This document shows, in pieces, positions 1 to 12,686 of a stretch of 64,000 nt of DNA (its first letter is position 1; the number at the start of each line of letters is the position of its first letter). Position numbers and translations under genes: made by a program. Source of the DNA: Lama glama (lineage: Eukaryota); the NCBI GenBank assembly GCA_028534125.1, contig CM052832.1, positions 21,020,001-21,084,000 of the forward strand. The letters run 5' to 3'. The notes beneath the pieces were generated by a model, which had not been told where the DNA came from, searched no databases, and saw only the letters and a list, made by a program, of their open reading frames with translations.

Positions 1-26
1 AAAAAACAAAACAAAAAGTGTGTGCT

Positions 27-66
27 AAATGACTATAAATCAATAAAAAAAAAAGTTAAAAAAAAA
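27..66 (+). mobile_element. Extreme 3' tail of a LINE-1 with poly(A)
   Basis: aaatgactataaatcAATAAAaaaaaaagttaaaaaaaaa resembles an L1 3' terminus with poly(A) signal and A tail. Confidence 0.6.
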
Positions 67-169
67 GAGATACAAAAAGAGGTAAGATGTAATCAGGCTG
101 AAAATAGTAAAATAAAACCAGATTTTATTTTTTTTAAAAAAGTGTGCTGAAAACCTATCTGAAAGTTAT

Positions 170-290
170 GTTTATATAACAATAACCAACACTTAATGTG
201 TGCTTACTGCAAAGCTAATCATTGTTCTTGATGTTTGTAAGTAATCCATTGTACAGATGAGGACAATGAAGTTCAAAGACCTTACAGTGG
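170..290 (-). mobile_element. MIR SINE fragment
   Basis: ccattgtacagatgaggacaatgaagttcaaaga resembles the reverse-complement MIR core (ccattttacagatgaggaaactgaggc). Confidence 0.7.
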
Positions 291-304
291 AGTTACAAAA
301 ATAA

Positions 305-680
305 TCACTCATTCAATAAGCTGAACTACACAGAATCTGACCATTTATATAGATTTCCTCTAGAGAGTTCGACATCTAATGGAGAAACGCACAGGTCAAA
401 CAATTTCCAAATAGGCATGTCCAAGGCACAAGCTTTCATTCCAATGCATTAGAAGCTGACCTGAGGGGCTGAGGCAAGAAATAAAGACTGCATAGAGGAT
501 TTCAAGAGGCAGATTAAAAAAAGAAAAAAAGTAAGTTTAGACTAATGGCAATGGCATATGCAAATGCACCAAGACAGAAGAGAATCTAATCTGGGTGATG
601 TGAGTTCTCTGGCTTTGCCAGGGAGAAAGAGGATGCATGCTAGTAAATGGTAATCCTGGTCTGGACAGGTATGGATAGAT
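305..680 (-). mobile_element. L2 LINE 3' fragment
   Basis: Starts cactcattcaataa (reverse of the L2 3' end) and continues with degenerate L2-like motifs such as ggcaatggcatatgcaaatgcac. Confidence 0.55.
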
Positions 681-714
681 AGGAATTGGATATTGTTGAG
701 TTAATTACTTTTAC

Positions 715-830
715 AATCATGTGTATCTTATCTCCCCCAACAAGATATAAGTCTCCTTGAGGGAAAAAACAACCTATCCGGGATTCTAGCAGAGTGGCTG
801 ATGTCTCATATCGTTTACTCTAGAGAATTG
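715..830 (+). mobile_element. L2 3'-end fragment
   Basis: tgtatcttatctcccccaacaagatataagtctccttgaggg resembles L2 'tgtctcccccactagactgtaagctccttgagggc'. Confidence 0.6.
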
Positions 831-849
831 ATTTCTGTTATTTCTTCAT

Positions 850-995
850 CACCATCATCAGAGTAAGCACTTAGATAATGGCTCATAGGCACAAATGTTA
901 GCACTTGACTTGTATTAACTAATTTAAGCCGTAAACAAACCCAGTGAGGTAAACTCCATTACTATCCCCATTTTCCAAACAGGACTGAGGCACAG
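850..995 (-). mobile_element. MIR SINE fragment
   Basis: attactatccccattttccaaacaggactgaggcacag core motif. Confidence 0.75.
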
Positions 996-1689
996 CGCTA
1001 CGTGAGAACACGCACCTGCTAAATGGCACTTGATGGAATGCGTGTGCCCAAAGCACACCCCAAACTGAAGTGTGAAACTGTTACTAGGGATTTCCTGAAC
1101 ACTATGTCCTCATCCATCACATAGTTGTCTGCCACTTTCTTCCTCTCCTGTTCAGTCCTATCCAGTGATACCTGCCACTGAGAACCAACATCAGTGGTTC
1201 TAATGCCCAACATATTCATTTAGCTGCTGAGACATTAAAGATGCCAATTCCCAGTTGCCCAAGCCACCTACTCTTGTGGCTGCCAACCTTATTCCTGATG
1301 GAGTTACTGGTGTCACTTCACATACTCAATGTGGCACAAAATTTTGGTAACGTCAGTTCTCTCGAGTTTCTGCTTTCGGTTTTAACACAGTCCAGTCTCC
1401 CTAGGTTTCCAACATGATTCCAGGAGGAGTTCAACTGGAAGGTAACCCAAATGAGGATTAGCACGCTCTCCTTGAGATCCTCCTCCCCTCTATTAACATA
1501 GCTTCAAGTTTGGTTTAAGGAAACATTCCTCCATTTGACTGCAAGCTCCTTTCAACAACCACAGGAAGTACGCATATTTTCCTAATTCAGATTAAGAAAG
1601 TAGGAGGTTAACAGGCATTCAATGGGACTGAGCAAAGTATTTTTAATTGTCTACCGTCGCCATATGCTCCTTGAGACTGTGCAAGTCTC

Positions 1690-1785
1690 TTCTGTTCACT
1701 CCTGTTCTTCATTCCCTTGTCTGTAAGATGAGTTAACAGCACTAACTCCATCAGGTTTAAGCACTCGGTAACCATTAGTTACCGT
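1690..1785 (+). mobile_element. MIR SINE fragment
   Basis: cttcattcccttgtctgtaagatgagttaacagcactaactccat resembles the MIR core and 3' part. Confidence 0.55.
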
Positions 1786-2689
1786 GAGCATTATTCTCAG
1801 ATATATACATTTACAGATACTTAATTGCTCTGAGAAAGGCGTCAGCAATGGTAGCCTTGAGTATATCTTGTCCAATTCAACTAAGTCTTCCCATAGAACA
1901 AGTTTCCACAAAAAATGATGAAAAGAGACTCCTGGAAATCAAAACACCAGATCTCCAGACTTGCCCAGACAAGTGTGACTTTGAAAATGTGAATGAAACA
2001 CAGAGGGCCAAAGCCATGACACCAGTTACAACTAAGTCACATCTTCCACAAGTAATTAAAACTCCTCATAGAAAAAGAAGATACACATGTGCCCATGGAT
2101 GGGGTACGCTTCTGAATGATGCAATACACAACTGACCCAGGGTCACTTCTACTGACCTGATAAACGGCTGAGGAGGAGTCATGGCAACATGCCTTGCACT
2201 TGGGTCAGCATGGTGACATAAACCCAACTAATATCAGACTATGTGACCTCACCCTGGGATGGGAGCCAGTCATTTCACCTGAGATTCAGGTACCAGTTCT
2301 GCAAAGTGTCTCACCTGCTTTTTCTTGTAGCAAAACCAAAGGACCCTAGGAGGGAAGAAGGTAGAACCGGAAATTGTCCAGACTCCATCACCCTAAATTA
2401 CCTGATGGTGAATATTCCTTGTTCCGTTGTTTCAGTGAGAGGTAAACCACTAAAGACACCCAGTGTTCATTGTGCTTTTCATCTTTTCCTTTCTTTATCT
2501 GTAAGAACATTCACATTTCCAGACTAAGGATGTCTCTTTAATATAATCTCAGACAAACCCCGTTTTCTCATTCTTTTACCCTTTTTCTCGTATTCCTCCA
2601 TCAGTCCACTTCAACCTGTTAACCATCGTGGAGCCCAGCACCTATTACACATCTCCCTCCCTGGACGCAAAAGCCAAAATTGTACTGCT

Positions 2690-2790
2690 TTCAAGTACTG
2701 CCCTGACTGTTGCTGGCTGGATGACCTTGGGGACATTTCCTCACCTCTGTGGACCTCAGTTTCTGCATCCATAAAATGAAGTTGATCTCC
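2690..2790 (+). mobile_element. MIR SINE fragment
   Basis: tgaccttggggacatttcctcacctctgtggacctcagtttctgcatccataaaatg. Confidence 0.8.
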
Positions 2791-4274
2791 ACATCCCTGT
2801 CACCATCAAAATTCTGTCTTGAGCTCACAGGTTTCTAAGTGTGAACAGACACAAAGACTCATGGGAGGCCAGACCCTACTCTCACCTCATGGGCCAAAGA
2901 GCTCTGTGAAAACATGTTCTCAGAGGTGGTGGTCACCTAGAGAAAAAATTACTACCATTGAATATAGAGGGCGGGGAACACATCACCTTGTCCCCCAAGA
3001 GGAATTCAAAAGTGTAAGCCATCACAACCACAAAGGGGAAGGGCTGGCAGGGAGTCCCGTGGTGTGAAGTCCACCTGAAATCTTCCCTCTCTACCAGTAC
3101 AGAGTATTTTTGTATCTAGTGTAACTATAAAGGGAGAATGAGGCAGATGGAGGGTGTTTTTAAAGGGACAGGACAATTTATTAGGTGCTACACGGCACAG
3201 TCCATCAGTTCTATCTTATTTCAATTGAATTCACCATCTTTCTACTGGTTCTCCTTAAGAAAGACAAGCTGAGCCCAAAGTGTTCCACTCTGCCCTCTAC
3301 TCCTCATTTAGTGAACATTCCAGGTGTCAATACACAAATTTAGAAGCTCTCAACAGTGAGACTATAATCATGACCACATAGCATTGAAGAATTTAATCAG
3401 TTAATGTTTCAGGATCTACCCAGCAAACATGGACAGACAGCTCACAATCAATGTTAAGGAGTCATTCTGTAAATTAAAATTTTCCTCCAACCTTGAATTT
3501 GAGATCTAGAAGTCTGGCTTGCTTGACTTCCCTGGAAATTTTCCAGATTTATACTTCAGTTTCAACTTTGTAGATTAGGTTTTGTTTCTTAAAGACAATA
3601 GTGAATGGTTTTTTTTTTGGCTATTAAATCTGTTTTTAAGAGCTATTTAGGTATTCTTTGCAAACAGGCTTTTGTCATTTCCATCATGTTATTTTGTTTT
3701 CAATTTTTCCTCTTTCTTCATTTTAAATCCCCTCTCTCGGTGGTGTGCCTATGTGCTCAGGTAATATACATATAAATGCTTCGACAGACAGATGGGTAAG
3801 TACCATCTCATGGTGCCCATGCTTCTTAGTGTAAAAAAAAAAAAAAAGTACCCAAAACAGAATGCAGTCATTCCATCCCCTAAGGTGCTACAATAATCCC
3901 TGCAGGGGGTAGTTTGCAACTAAAACTATAGCACAATGGATGTATAAATTAAGGCTACCAATAATGCTTGACAATACAATGAAGAAAGTATTCTAACATC
4001 TCCATCCCTAATACACATTGCATAAAACTGGAAATTTTACTTTAAAACCAGAAGCAAAATAACATTTGTTAAACTGCTTCTTAACAAAGTCAGTGCTATG
4101 TTTTTCTTTAAATATATGATTTTCATGTAACCAAATAAATACTCCAGGAGTGTGACCCTTGGTATAGATTTTCTTAAGCTGTAGGTCTTACCAGTTTTGC
4201 CGGTTAGTCTCTAGGTACAGGATACCTGAAGGCTTATTAACGACTAACGTTCAAGACTTCTTTACTAAAGTACT

Positions 4275-4455
4275 AATCACAACTGGACAATTCTCATTTA
4301 ATTCTGATATGTTATTATTATCCCCATTTTATAACTGAGGAAATGAGGCTTTAAAAGAGAGGTTAAATAATTTGCCTGCGGTTCACATTGCTGATAAACA
4401 GTAGAACCAGGATTTGAACCTGGAAACTCTGGCTCCAGAGCCCAAACATTTAAGT
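4275..4455 (-). mobile_element. MIR SINE
   Basis: ttattattatccccattttataactgaggaaatgaggc...gagaggttaaataatttgcc...ggatttgaacctgg...ctggctccagagc. Confidence 0.9.
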
Positions 4456-4934
4456 ATGATACAGCATCACCCTGGTAGTGGAACTGGAGTCCATAATTTT
4501 AAAAGGAAGGAAAAACAGCTCACCTACATGTTATTTGCCCTAGATGATGTATTATAAGGCCAGACTAACATGGGGACAATACAGGGAGTTTGCAATATAG
4601 AAATGCCTCAAAGACCTGAACTTTGCCTCTGACACATTCCTCCTGCACAAAATCCAGAAGCAGGGCTATAGCAAGGGCCCCTCTGAATTATGGGGATCAG
4701 TGAGCTCACGGCTATCTACCCTCCTATCCACCTGCTTTTAGTTATCTGGAAATAGTGCACACCCTGAACTGTGCACATACCAAGAAATGTCAAGGCCGTT
4801 AATATTTACATCACATGGAACTGAAGGTCAGTTCAAAAGGGTACCGTGAAAAACCGGTACCCAAGGCAGATGGGAGAAAAGGAAGAGCTTGGAACTGTTC
4901 CCATTTTATCTTAATGATCTCTAACATAAGGAGC

Positions 4935-5045
4935 ATGTATATGTATGATACACACACATGCACACACACACATAACTAAATAAGTACACTGTACACCAGA
5001 AACTAACAACATTGTAAATCAACTAAACTTCAATTTTTAAAAAAG
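4935..5045 (+). mobile_element. 5'-truncated LINE-1 3' tail with CA-rich tract
   Basis: ctgtacaccagaaactaacaacattgtaaatcaactaaacttcaat followed by an A run. Confidence 0.8.
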
Positions 5046-5743
5046 CCTACTGTTAACCACTAAGACACTCCAAAGTGAAAGATAAAGTTAGTATTTTTAA
5101 CATAAAAATATCACTCAGGGTATTCAATTTTCACAAAATCTAATGTCACCTACAGTAGCAAATCAGAAGACCTCATCGCACTAACAGTGCCTGAAACCTC
5201 TGAATGATAAGCAATTCCAAAGTGATGATACACTTTAATTGTAGGATGAGTTGTGTTCTAAATGCTGTATCCGGCATGTTTTAAAAACATGAAAACAGCA
5301 CAGAAGCCTTTATCTAGAGCAACTGGTGATAAAACAAACCATTTGAACATTACCAAATATCCCGTTCAACTCCTCCTGTATATGTTTGCAATATCAAAAT
5401 TCCTGGATAAAGTCTTCTCCAAAGCCAGTTAAATCCTTTTGCCCTAAACACACACAGTTGGGAAGGAAACTATTCACCCAACCCCCATTTCATCATGTCA
5501 AAACTGGAATGAAGTACATGTAAATGAAAGATTCCAGAAAAAAAAAAATAGGGTAAGCTCCCCACTAAAATGTTGAGTTTGTCCTGATACTAACACTGGA
5601 CAATACCCTGACCTCACAGAAAGAACCTGAGTCCTATATGAGGCCACTTGGTTTCTTTGATTTCCCAAAAACATCACAATATCAAATTAACAAAAATCAT
5701 GGAGGAAAGATGTTTAAAATTTAACTAGGATTGACACACTAAC

Positions 5744-5761
5744 CTTTCTGATGGAAGTCAC
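5744..5761 (-). other. Candidate 18-nt microexon (GTGACTTCCATCAGAAAG)
   Basis: Minus strand: tttttcttttactttttcaAG | 18 nt | GTTAGT; frame-preserving length. Confidence 0.35.
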
Positions 5762-5938
5762 CTTGAAAAAGTAAAAGAAAAATTCTGAAGACTCTACCGC
5801 TTGCAATGAAGAGGTATGTCCAGAGAGTATCAAAAGTTGTGTTCTCCTGGTTGAAATCTTTTGAGTTTTATCTTCCTGTTTTGACTAGAGGTCTCTTGAC
5901 GAAAGGCCTACAGTGTTATAAATTATCCCATTACTCAC

Positions 5939-5956
5939 TCTCCTCAGCTATCCTCG
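5939..5956 (-). other. Candidate 18-nt microexon (CGAGGATAGCTGAGGAGA)
   Basis: Minus strand: tttacttccttcctgttgcAG | 18 nt, purine-rich | GTGAGT; open only in phase 1 (xRIAEE). Confidence 0.35.
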
Positions 5957-6501
5957 CTGCAACAGGAAGGAAGTAAATCTTGGAGTCCTGCACTTACACC
6001 CTTTAATCATCCACACACATGCCCCCCAAGCAGTAAATCACCGTCTTTCACTACATTATCATGATTCACACCTGAAGCACAGCAGAGAAGACTGGCAGTC
6101 AGAAATGCCATACCAGAGAAAGTATCTTCATACATTACAAATAGTGATGCTCAGGCACACCAGTGTTGTTTCTTCTCAAATAGACAGCACATCAGCCAGT
6201 ATATCACTCTAATTAAGAGTCATCGGCCGTGTTAAAGGCCAATTTTATAGAGCAGAGCTTTCCAAACAGAATATTTCAGGACTCGGTACCCTTTCTAAAC
6301 TCTCTTAAAACCAAACATCTATATCATGTTGACCCACCTGCACATGACTTCAATTAGTGGGACTGGCCCTATGGTTAGAACAACTTTCCTCCTGTAAATC
6401 TGGCAGGGCAGAAACATGACCAATCACATGTTTTAAGATGCCACACAATGATACAAAAGATCTGATTTCACTTTGTACAGAAACAGTTAAGAGTCAAAAT
6501 A

Positions 6502-6694
6502 CAGTTGACCCTTGAACAATGCAGTTGAAAACTCATATATAACTTTACTGTCATCCCTGGGTATCCAAGGTTCTATCCACAGATTCAATCAACTGCAGAT
6601 GATGCAGTACTGTAGTATGCATTTATTGAAAAAAACAATCCACACATTAGTGGATCCATGCAGTTCAAACCCCATGTTGTTCCAGGGTCCACTG
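6502..6694 (+). mobile_element. Tigger2/MER8-type non-autonomous DNA transposon (TcMar-Tigger)
   Basis: Terminal inverted repeats cagttgacccttgaacaa...ttgttccagggtccactg; TA at the left flank. Confidence 0.85.
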
Positions 6695-9600
6695 TGTATT
6701 AATCCTAAATAAAAATATCTGAGGTGACCCTCATTTTCTAAGAAACTGTGCCCATTTACTATTTTTTGAACAGAAAGACAAAAAGAGCTTTAATAGTTAC
6801 AGAGCCTACTTTGATTAAAAAAATGCAAACTCTTTTCAGGTCTACGTGAATTGCATGAATCTGGGTGGCTTTCCCTACTCAGTATACAACTGTATGACTT
6901 CCATTTACTTGTCTTTTTGGGGAGAGGCAGTAACAGAAGTGTAGGCTCAATACCTTTTTTAAGCATCTTAAAAATCTCTCTAGCTGGGGAGATAAGTACA
7001 ACTCCTCCTTCTTGCCAATCAAAAGCCAACAGCCAACAGAACAAAGCCAAATGATAGAAAACACCTCCTGCAGATTTTCCTAACTTTTTTGTTGAGTTTG
7101 CACCATGATTATCAGCTGCCCTTCACAACTGCCAGTGTGTTTCATCAAATTTGATATCAGCTCAGTATCAGCATGATAACAGTACAATGGTCTCCCAGCT
7201 CCTAGATTTGAGAGATTGATGATTAGATGTTAAGGAGTGCTCTGTCTGCAAGATTTATTTCTTATATTTGACTCTCTGACCTTAACTTTATTTCATTCAA
7301 AAACAGGGAACTAAAGTTCACTCTGGGCAAAGAAATGCATTATGACACTCTTTCAGCAAGAACCAGACCAGGCTAACAGGCAGCTTTAACTGCTTTCCAG
7401 CAAAATGGTCTCCTCAAGGAGGAGGCTCCAAAATGGTTGAAAACAGGGATTTGCAGGACAACGAAAAAGTACACACATTTTTGACAGTGGTAAATATATA
7501 CATAGAATAAAAGTATCTTTTAAATAAAAACCATTGTGGCACATTTAAAGATGAGTAATGTAATTGAAAATAGATTTTTTTAAAGAAATGAACTCAGTGC
7601 TACCACACTTTTAAGGCTGTTTTATTTTTTATTGATTTTCAAGGCTTTCTAATAAGATTAGATGCCCTACATTATAGGGCCAAAAGCTCTTCGACTGCGT
7701 ATGAATGAACTGTGGTCTGCTTTACTTTCAACTGAGGACTCTCTCACCCAGACTCCATTAACACTGTATTAAAACCAAAGTCTCTGCTTTGACTTCTTGG
7801 TTGCACTGTGGAAAAACACTAAGCCTGAATGTACATGCATACAAAATTTTCCTTTTCACAATAAACCTATATTAATAGATATCTGGCATCCATATTAAAG
7901 TATATGGTCATAAGTTACTAAACAAAAGGAAATCATCTTGATGAACATCCCACCACAAAACATGAGTTTCTGGGGTTACTTCAACCTTACTGGTGCCATG
8001 GATTACTTTTTGAATGATTTTTTTCTTTTAAATCACACTTGCGTTATGTTTTACCCCTAGCTTGAAACCATGCAAATGGAAGAAAATCAGTCATAGTCAA
8101 TATCCCCCGATACCATCAGGCTTAGGAGATTGTTATTAGACCTAAACAACAATGCAACATCTACCACAGATTCTGTTTGCTACGACTTAGATATTTAAAT
8201 TTCTTAGCACTTTACAGTTTGTGGGTAGGTATTAATAGTTCATATTAATAAAGCTGTTCTTAACAGACTCTTCTTATATGAAAAAGAAAAATGATGCTGG
8301 CGCCTGTCAGGTATGATGTACCCCAAGATAAACCCACAGCCAACTATCCCTCCATTGCATTCCACGGTCCCTTAAGTATGAACCCAAGAAAGGCACCTTC
8401 AAGCTAATACTGTAGATGTCAGGTAGCTGCATGTCAGATTTGAAAGAAGATCTTCAGAAAATCTCCCATGGCTTATGCTGTCCTAAAACAGTGAACAGTG
8501 ACTTTTTAAAAAATGGAGTACCAGCAAACCACATTCAAGGTCAGAAAGAGTCTACTTGGCCACCTGAGTAACTGCCTTATTTGCTATCCAAAATTAAAAG
8601 GCAAGAGATTCAAAAGCAGCAGTTGAATGCTAAATTTTGACACTAAAACTTAAAATTGGGGTAGAGCATAAGCCAAAATAAAGACAACTCATTTAATGAC
8701 ATTTAGTCAGCTCACTTTGTTAAATATGCACATCCAGCCAAAAAACAGCACTAACGTAAACCAAGAATGGCTACTGTCATCATCGGACACATCTATTGAG
8801 CCACTTCGTGTGTTTGAAACAGTCACAAAATTATTAGGCCTGCCTCAAGTAGGCTGAGACAACCAAATATTGTTAAAATAGTAAAATATATGAAGAGACA
8901 TGCATAGCGGAGAGTGCACTCAGCAAAACGTCACTAAATTATAACCTTACATCTGCCTTGCCTTTAAAATGCACACCCATCAGACACTCATTCACCCACC
9001 ACATAGGACACAGCCAGAAAGCAGCTGGGAGCCTGCAACCAAAATGAAAGCCCAAGAGTTTGTGGGTTTTTTTTTTTTTTTTACAACGGCAGCTTGAACT
9101 TTTAGGCTTTTGTTTTTCTGCATAAACAAAATATCCATGGAAATGTTCTCCTGACACTCTGAAATCGCAGACAAGAAGATTCGTAGACCCAGTAGTTTAC
9201 CCATTTCTCTGATAAAAAGCAGAGGATCAACCAGGTCAGAAGTCCCTTCTACCTGCCACTGGATAATTTACACTGAGCCATGAAGCTGGTTTATTGATTT
9301 ACCAGGAAATGCCGCCCCTATCAAGTTCAGCACTGAATAATGAAGCACAGATATTCAATTTCAATTAGACAGCAACAATCCTCCAAAGCATAAAACCATC
9401 TTTCAAACATCAACATTTATAAGAGGAAGTTCAAGGAGAGAGGAGTAAGAATAAAAATGCACAGAAAAAAAGGACTGATGTTACGGACGAGCAGAGGAGG
9501 GGCTGAATTTTTTCCATTATCCCAGGGGTATCACTCAGGTTCAACTAAGCTCAGACAGAAAAACAAGTTTGAGTCTAAGAGTTTTTTGTACTCCAGGTAC

Positions 9601-10924
9601 CAGTATGAATAGAGTTTACTGGCTGAAGGGAACGTCATCTGAAAATTTTCACAGTTTACTGATGAGGGCTTTCTATCAATTTCCAACCAAAAAAAAAAAA
9701 ATTGTTAAGCCTACCACTGATGTGGTTCATGACTCAAGAATTATACAGGGAAGCATAAATATGGCTGGATAACAACAAGCTCTTGGAGATGAAAAATTCA
9801 AAAAGGCAACCTGTTCTCCCGAGCCCTCGATCTATAAATTGTACAGCTGACATCTCCCAACCAGGGGCCATAATACTGGAAGATCAGGAGGGGCGTTCCT
9901 GTTCTTAAGGACAGAACGGACAGCTGCTGTTCTCGTTTGGAATACACGGCTCCTCTCAACTTGTTTATGCATTTGGTGTAGTCATATAATTTGCCAATTT
10001 GCTAGACTTGACACCGATAAGATGGCTGAACATTTGCTGCTGTTATCCATTTGCTGACTCACACCAACTCAAGGACAAATGCCACCTAAAAAGAACCGGA
10101 CCAGCTGGGAGAAGACACCAAGTACTCAGTGAAAGACAGCAGTCTTGTCTTGATTTTTCTCTGCAAACAGTCAAGAAGGAACTCTCATTTTCTAATAATT
10201 CTAATCACCATTTATCTTTTCTTTTTACAAAAGCAAGATGTATTCCTAGCATGTTTCAATATATGGTCACAACCACTGCTTAAAACAATCAGGCACGAGG
10301 TAAAATTGCTTTGAGTATTTAGCCCCAAATGAACACCAGCTAAATAAACTACTGACCTGAGAACACAAACACCCAGCCCATCTCACTCAGCGCTACAAGT
10401 CACTGGGCCAAATTTATTTTTTTTTTTTTTGCTAGTGAGAATCACAGCTCCAGGGTTGTTTTGGGGTTTTTTTTCCTGCCGTCTCTCACCCCAAGAGAGG
10501 GCAACAAATCATACATATATTGATTCATGAAAAAGATCTTTAGAACCAGACCAAGGTTGGTTTCTTTCCAGCTGTAACATTTCATAAAAATCTATGATGA
10601 TGAGTAATAGAAAACTCTGCATTTAAAAAAAAAAATTTACACTACACTGAGTATATTTCAGAACAGCCAGAGCCACAAAGTTGGCTCCCTAAGCATACAT
10701 CCTACTATTTCAGGAGCACCAAAGAGGCCCTCCTTCTCCAAAATGATCTCTTACTGAGTTGCCTGTCACAATACCCAAATCCCCATGCTGTGTCTTGGAT
10801 ATCAAATCCCCTTGATAAGAGAGCTAGCTATTAACTCCTTAGCAGAAATTTGCATCATATAGTTATCTAGTGACCAAGAGCCAAAGAACATCATCAGTTG
10901 AACAGTTAAACCATAATACAACTG

Positions 10925-11100
10925 AGGAATAGAGGAGTTAACTGTTTAATGGGAACAGAGTTTCAGTTTTGCAACGTGAAAAAGTTACAGAGATTGGTGC
11001 ACAACAATGTGAATATACATAATGCTACTGAACTGAACACTTAGTTAAATGTTTTATCTCAAGCAAAGTTTATGTCTTTGCCACAATTGAAAATAAAGTG
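10925..11100 (+). mobile_element. Old L1 (L1MB-like) 3' end
   Basis: ctgtttaatgggaacagagtttcagttttgcaa...gcacaacaatgtgaatatacataatgctactgaactg. Confidence 0.85.
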
Positions 11101-11244
11101 TTAGAAACATATCTAGGCCACAATCTGGAAGTAACTGCTCTAAGTTACTATTGCATTTTTGCTGTACCTCTCTTCAGATATTCATCAAATAGGAATGTCC
11201 TTAGTGTAATGGTTTTACCTGATTCTCTGTAGTAGTAGCTACTA

Positions 11245-11340
11245 GGATCAGCCCTTGTTTTACAGACTAGTAAATTGAGGCCCAAAGTGATGAAATAACT
11301 TGTCCAAGATCATCATCACAAATTGATGGTACCTGATTCA
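11245..11340 (-). mobile_element. MIR fragment
   Basis: ttttacagactagtaaattgaggcccaaagtgatgaaataacttgtccaagatca. Confidence 0.7.
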
Positions 11341-11389
11341 TACGTCACCTCCTTTACCTCACACCTGCCCTTCATTTTCAAAAGAATCT

Positions 11390-11900
11390 TACAAGCCGTT
11401 GCTTCTACTTTCTAATGTCTTTCATCAACCTTCTGCAATCAGCCTTTCCCCACACGCACCCACTACACAGCTCTCCCAGAGGTCACCCATTAGCTCCACA
11501 CCACTGCCACTCAGTTTTGTGAGCTAATCTTAGATTCTATGCAGCAAGGGATCTATCTGACCTACCCTTTTCCTTCTAAGAATTATCTCTTCCAGTTTTC
11601 TGGACACCATCTTCTCCTGGTAATCCCTTTCCTTATCGTGTTCTTAATAGATTTTCTTCCCCAATTTCCATCAAACAATGGTTAATGGATGACTAAATGA
11701 GTAGCCAAGTAAGATTTACTTTAAACTAATTTACACAACCACAGGGTTCTTTGGAGGCTTGTTGTAGGTTCTAGAGCCTCCAGGATGCACGTCCTCCAGA
11801 GTTGTTATTTGAAGACAGGGATTCCAGTTCATGTGCCTTACACCTCGGTCTGGCACAGTATCTGACACTTAATAAACCTTAAGATGCTTGTTCAATGTAC
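11390..11900 (+). mobile_element. L2 fragments
   Basis: Pyrimidine-rich L2-like motifs (gctctcccagaggtcacc; ctggacaccatcttctcctgg) and a 3' end (gcacagtatctgacac...gcttgttcaatg). Confidence 0.6.
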
Positions 11901-12686
11901 TTTTAGTATAACTAAATTCTCACCTTCAAAGTCGCTCTCCGTAGCATACTCTGCCAGCTTTGACTGAGAAAAGTTCCCCAGCTATTCAACTGTCCCCTTC
12001 ATTCCAAGGCCACATAAGGGTCCAACATGAGCTCCAGACAGTAGCTAAAGCAGAGGCAGAATAACTCCATTGTCCTTATGGTGTTGTTCTCAGAGCCCTG
12101 CCATGTGGGTATCAGAGAGACCCCAAGCTATTTTGCAGGAACTTCCACAGGATGCTGCCACTCCCCGCCTGCTGTGTTTCCACCGCCAAGTCAGCCCTCA
12201 GAGGATCTCACCTTAGTGTAACAGCATTAAATGAAATGAGAACATTAAGTGATTTCTCTCCATTTTCTAACTCAATTAGTTGAATGAAACATTTAAAACT
12301 CAAATAAGAGAAAACTGAAGGAAGCTCAAAAGGTGTCTGCCTATTCAAGCCAGCTCAATTTTAGTGAAGAGTATGAGGTTAGCAATAGCTAAAATTTGCC
12401 GTAATATCCCCTGGACTGAAAGTTACACAGGTTCGCTCTTTGCCACCTTCCCTTCAGGTCTTTGCTTTACCCGCAGGCCTCCAGAAATGGTATCCATTCC
12501 ATCCTTTTTTGAGTAGTGCATTCGGAAACCTACTCCTGCTCTCTGACCTCATGGACGGTCTCCTTATTAGTCCCGTGCTCAGCATAATGGAATGTTAATA
12601 GGCCGTTATGATTTACTCTACATAAATCAATGGTGTAGATCCTGCCGGGTAAACAAGGTACTCCGGTGGGTACATCTATCCACTGA

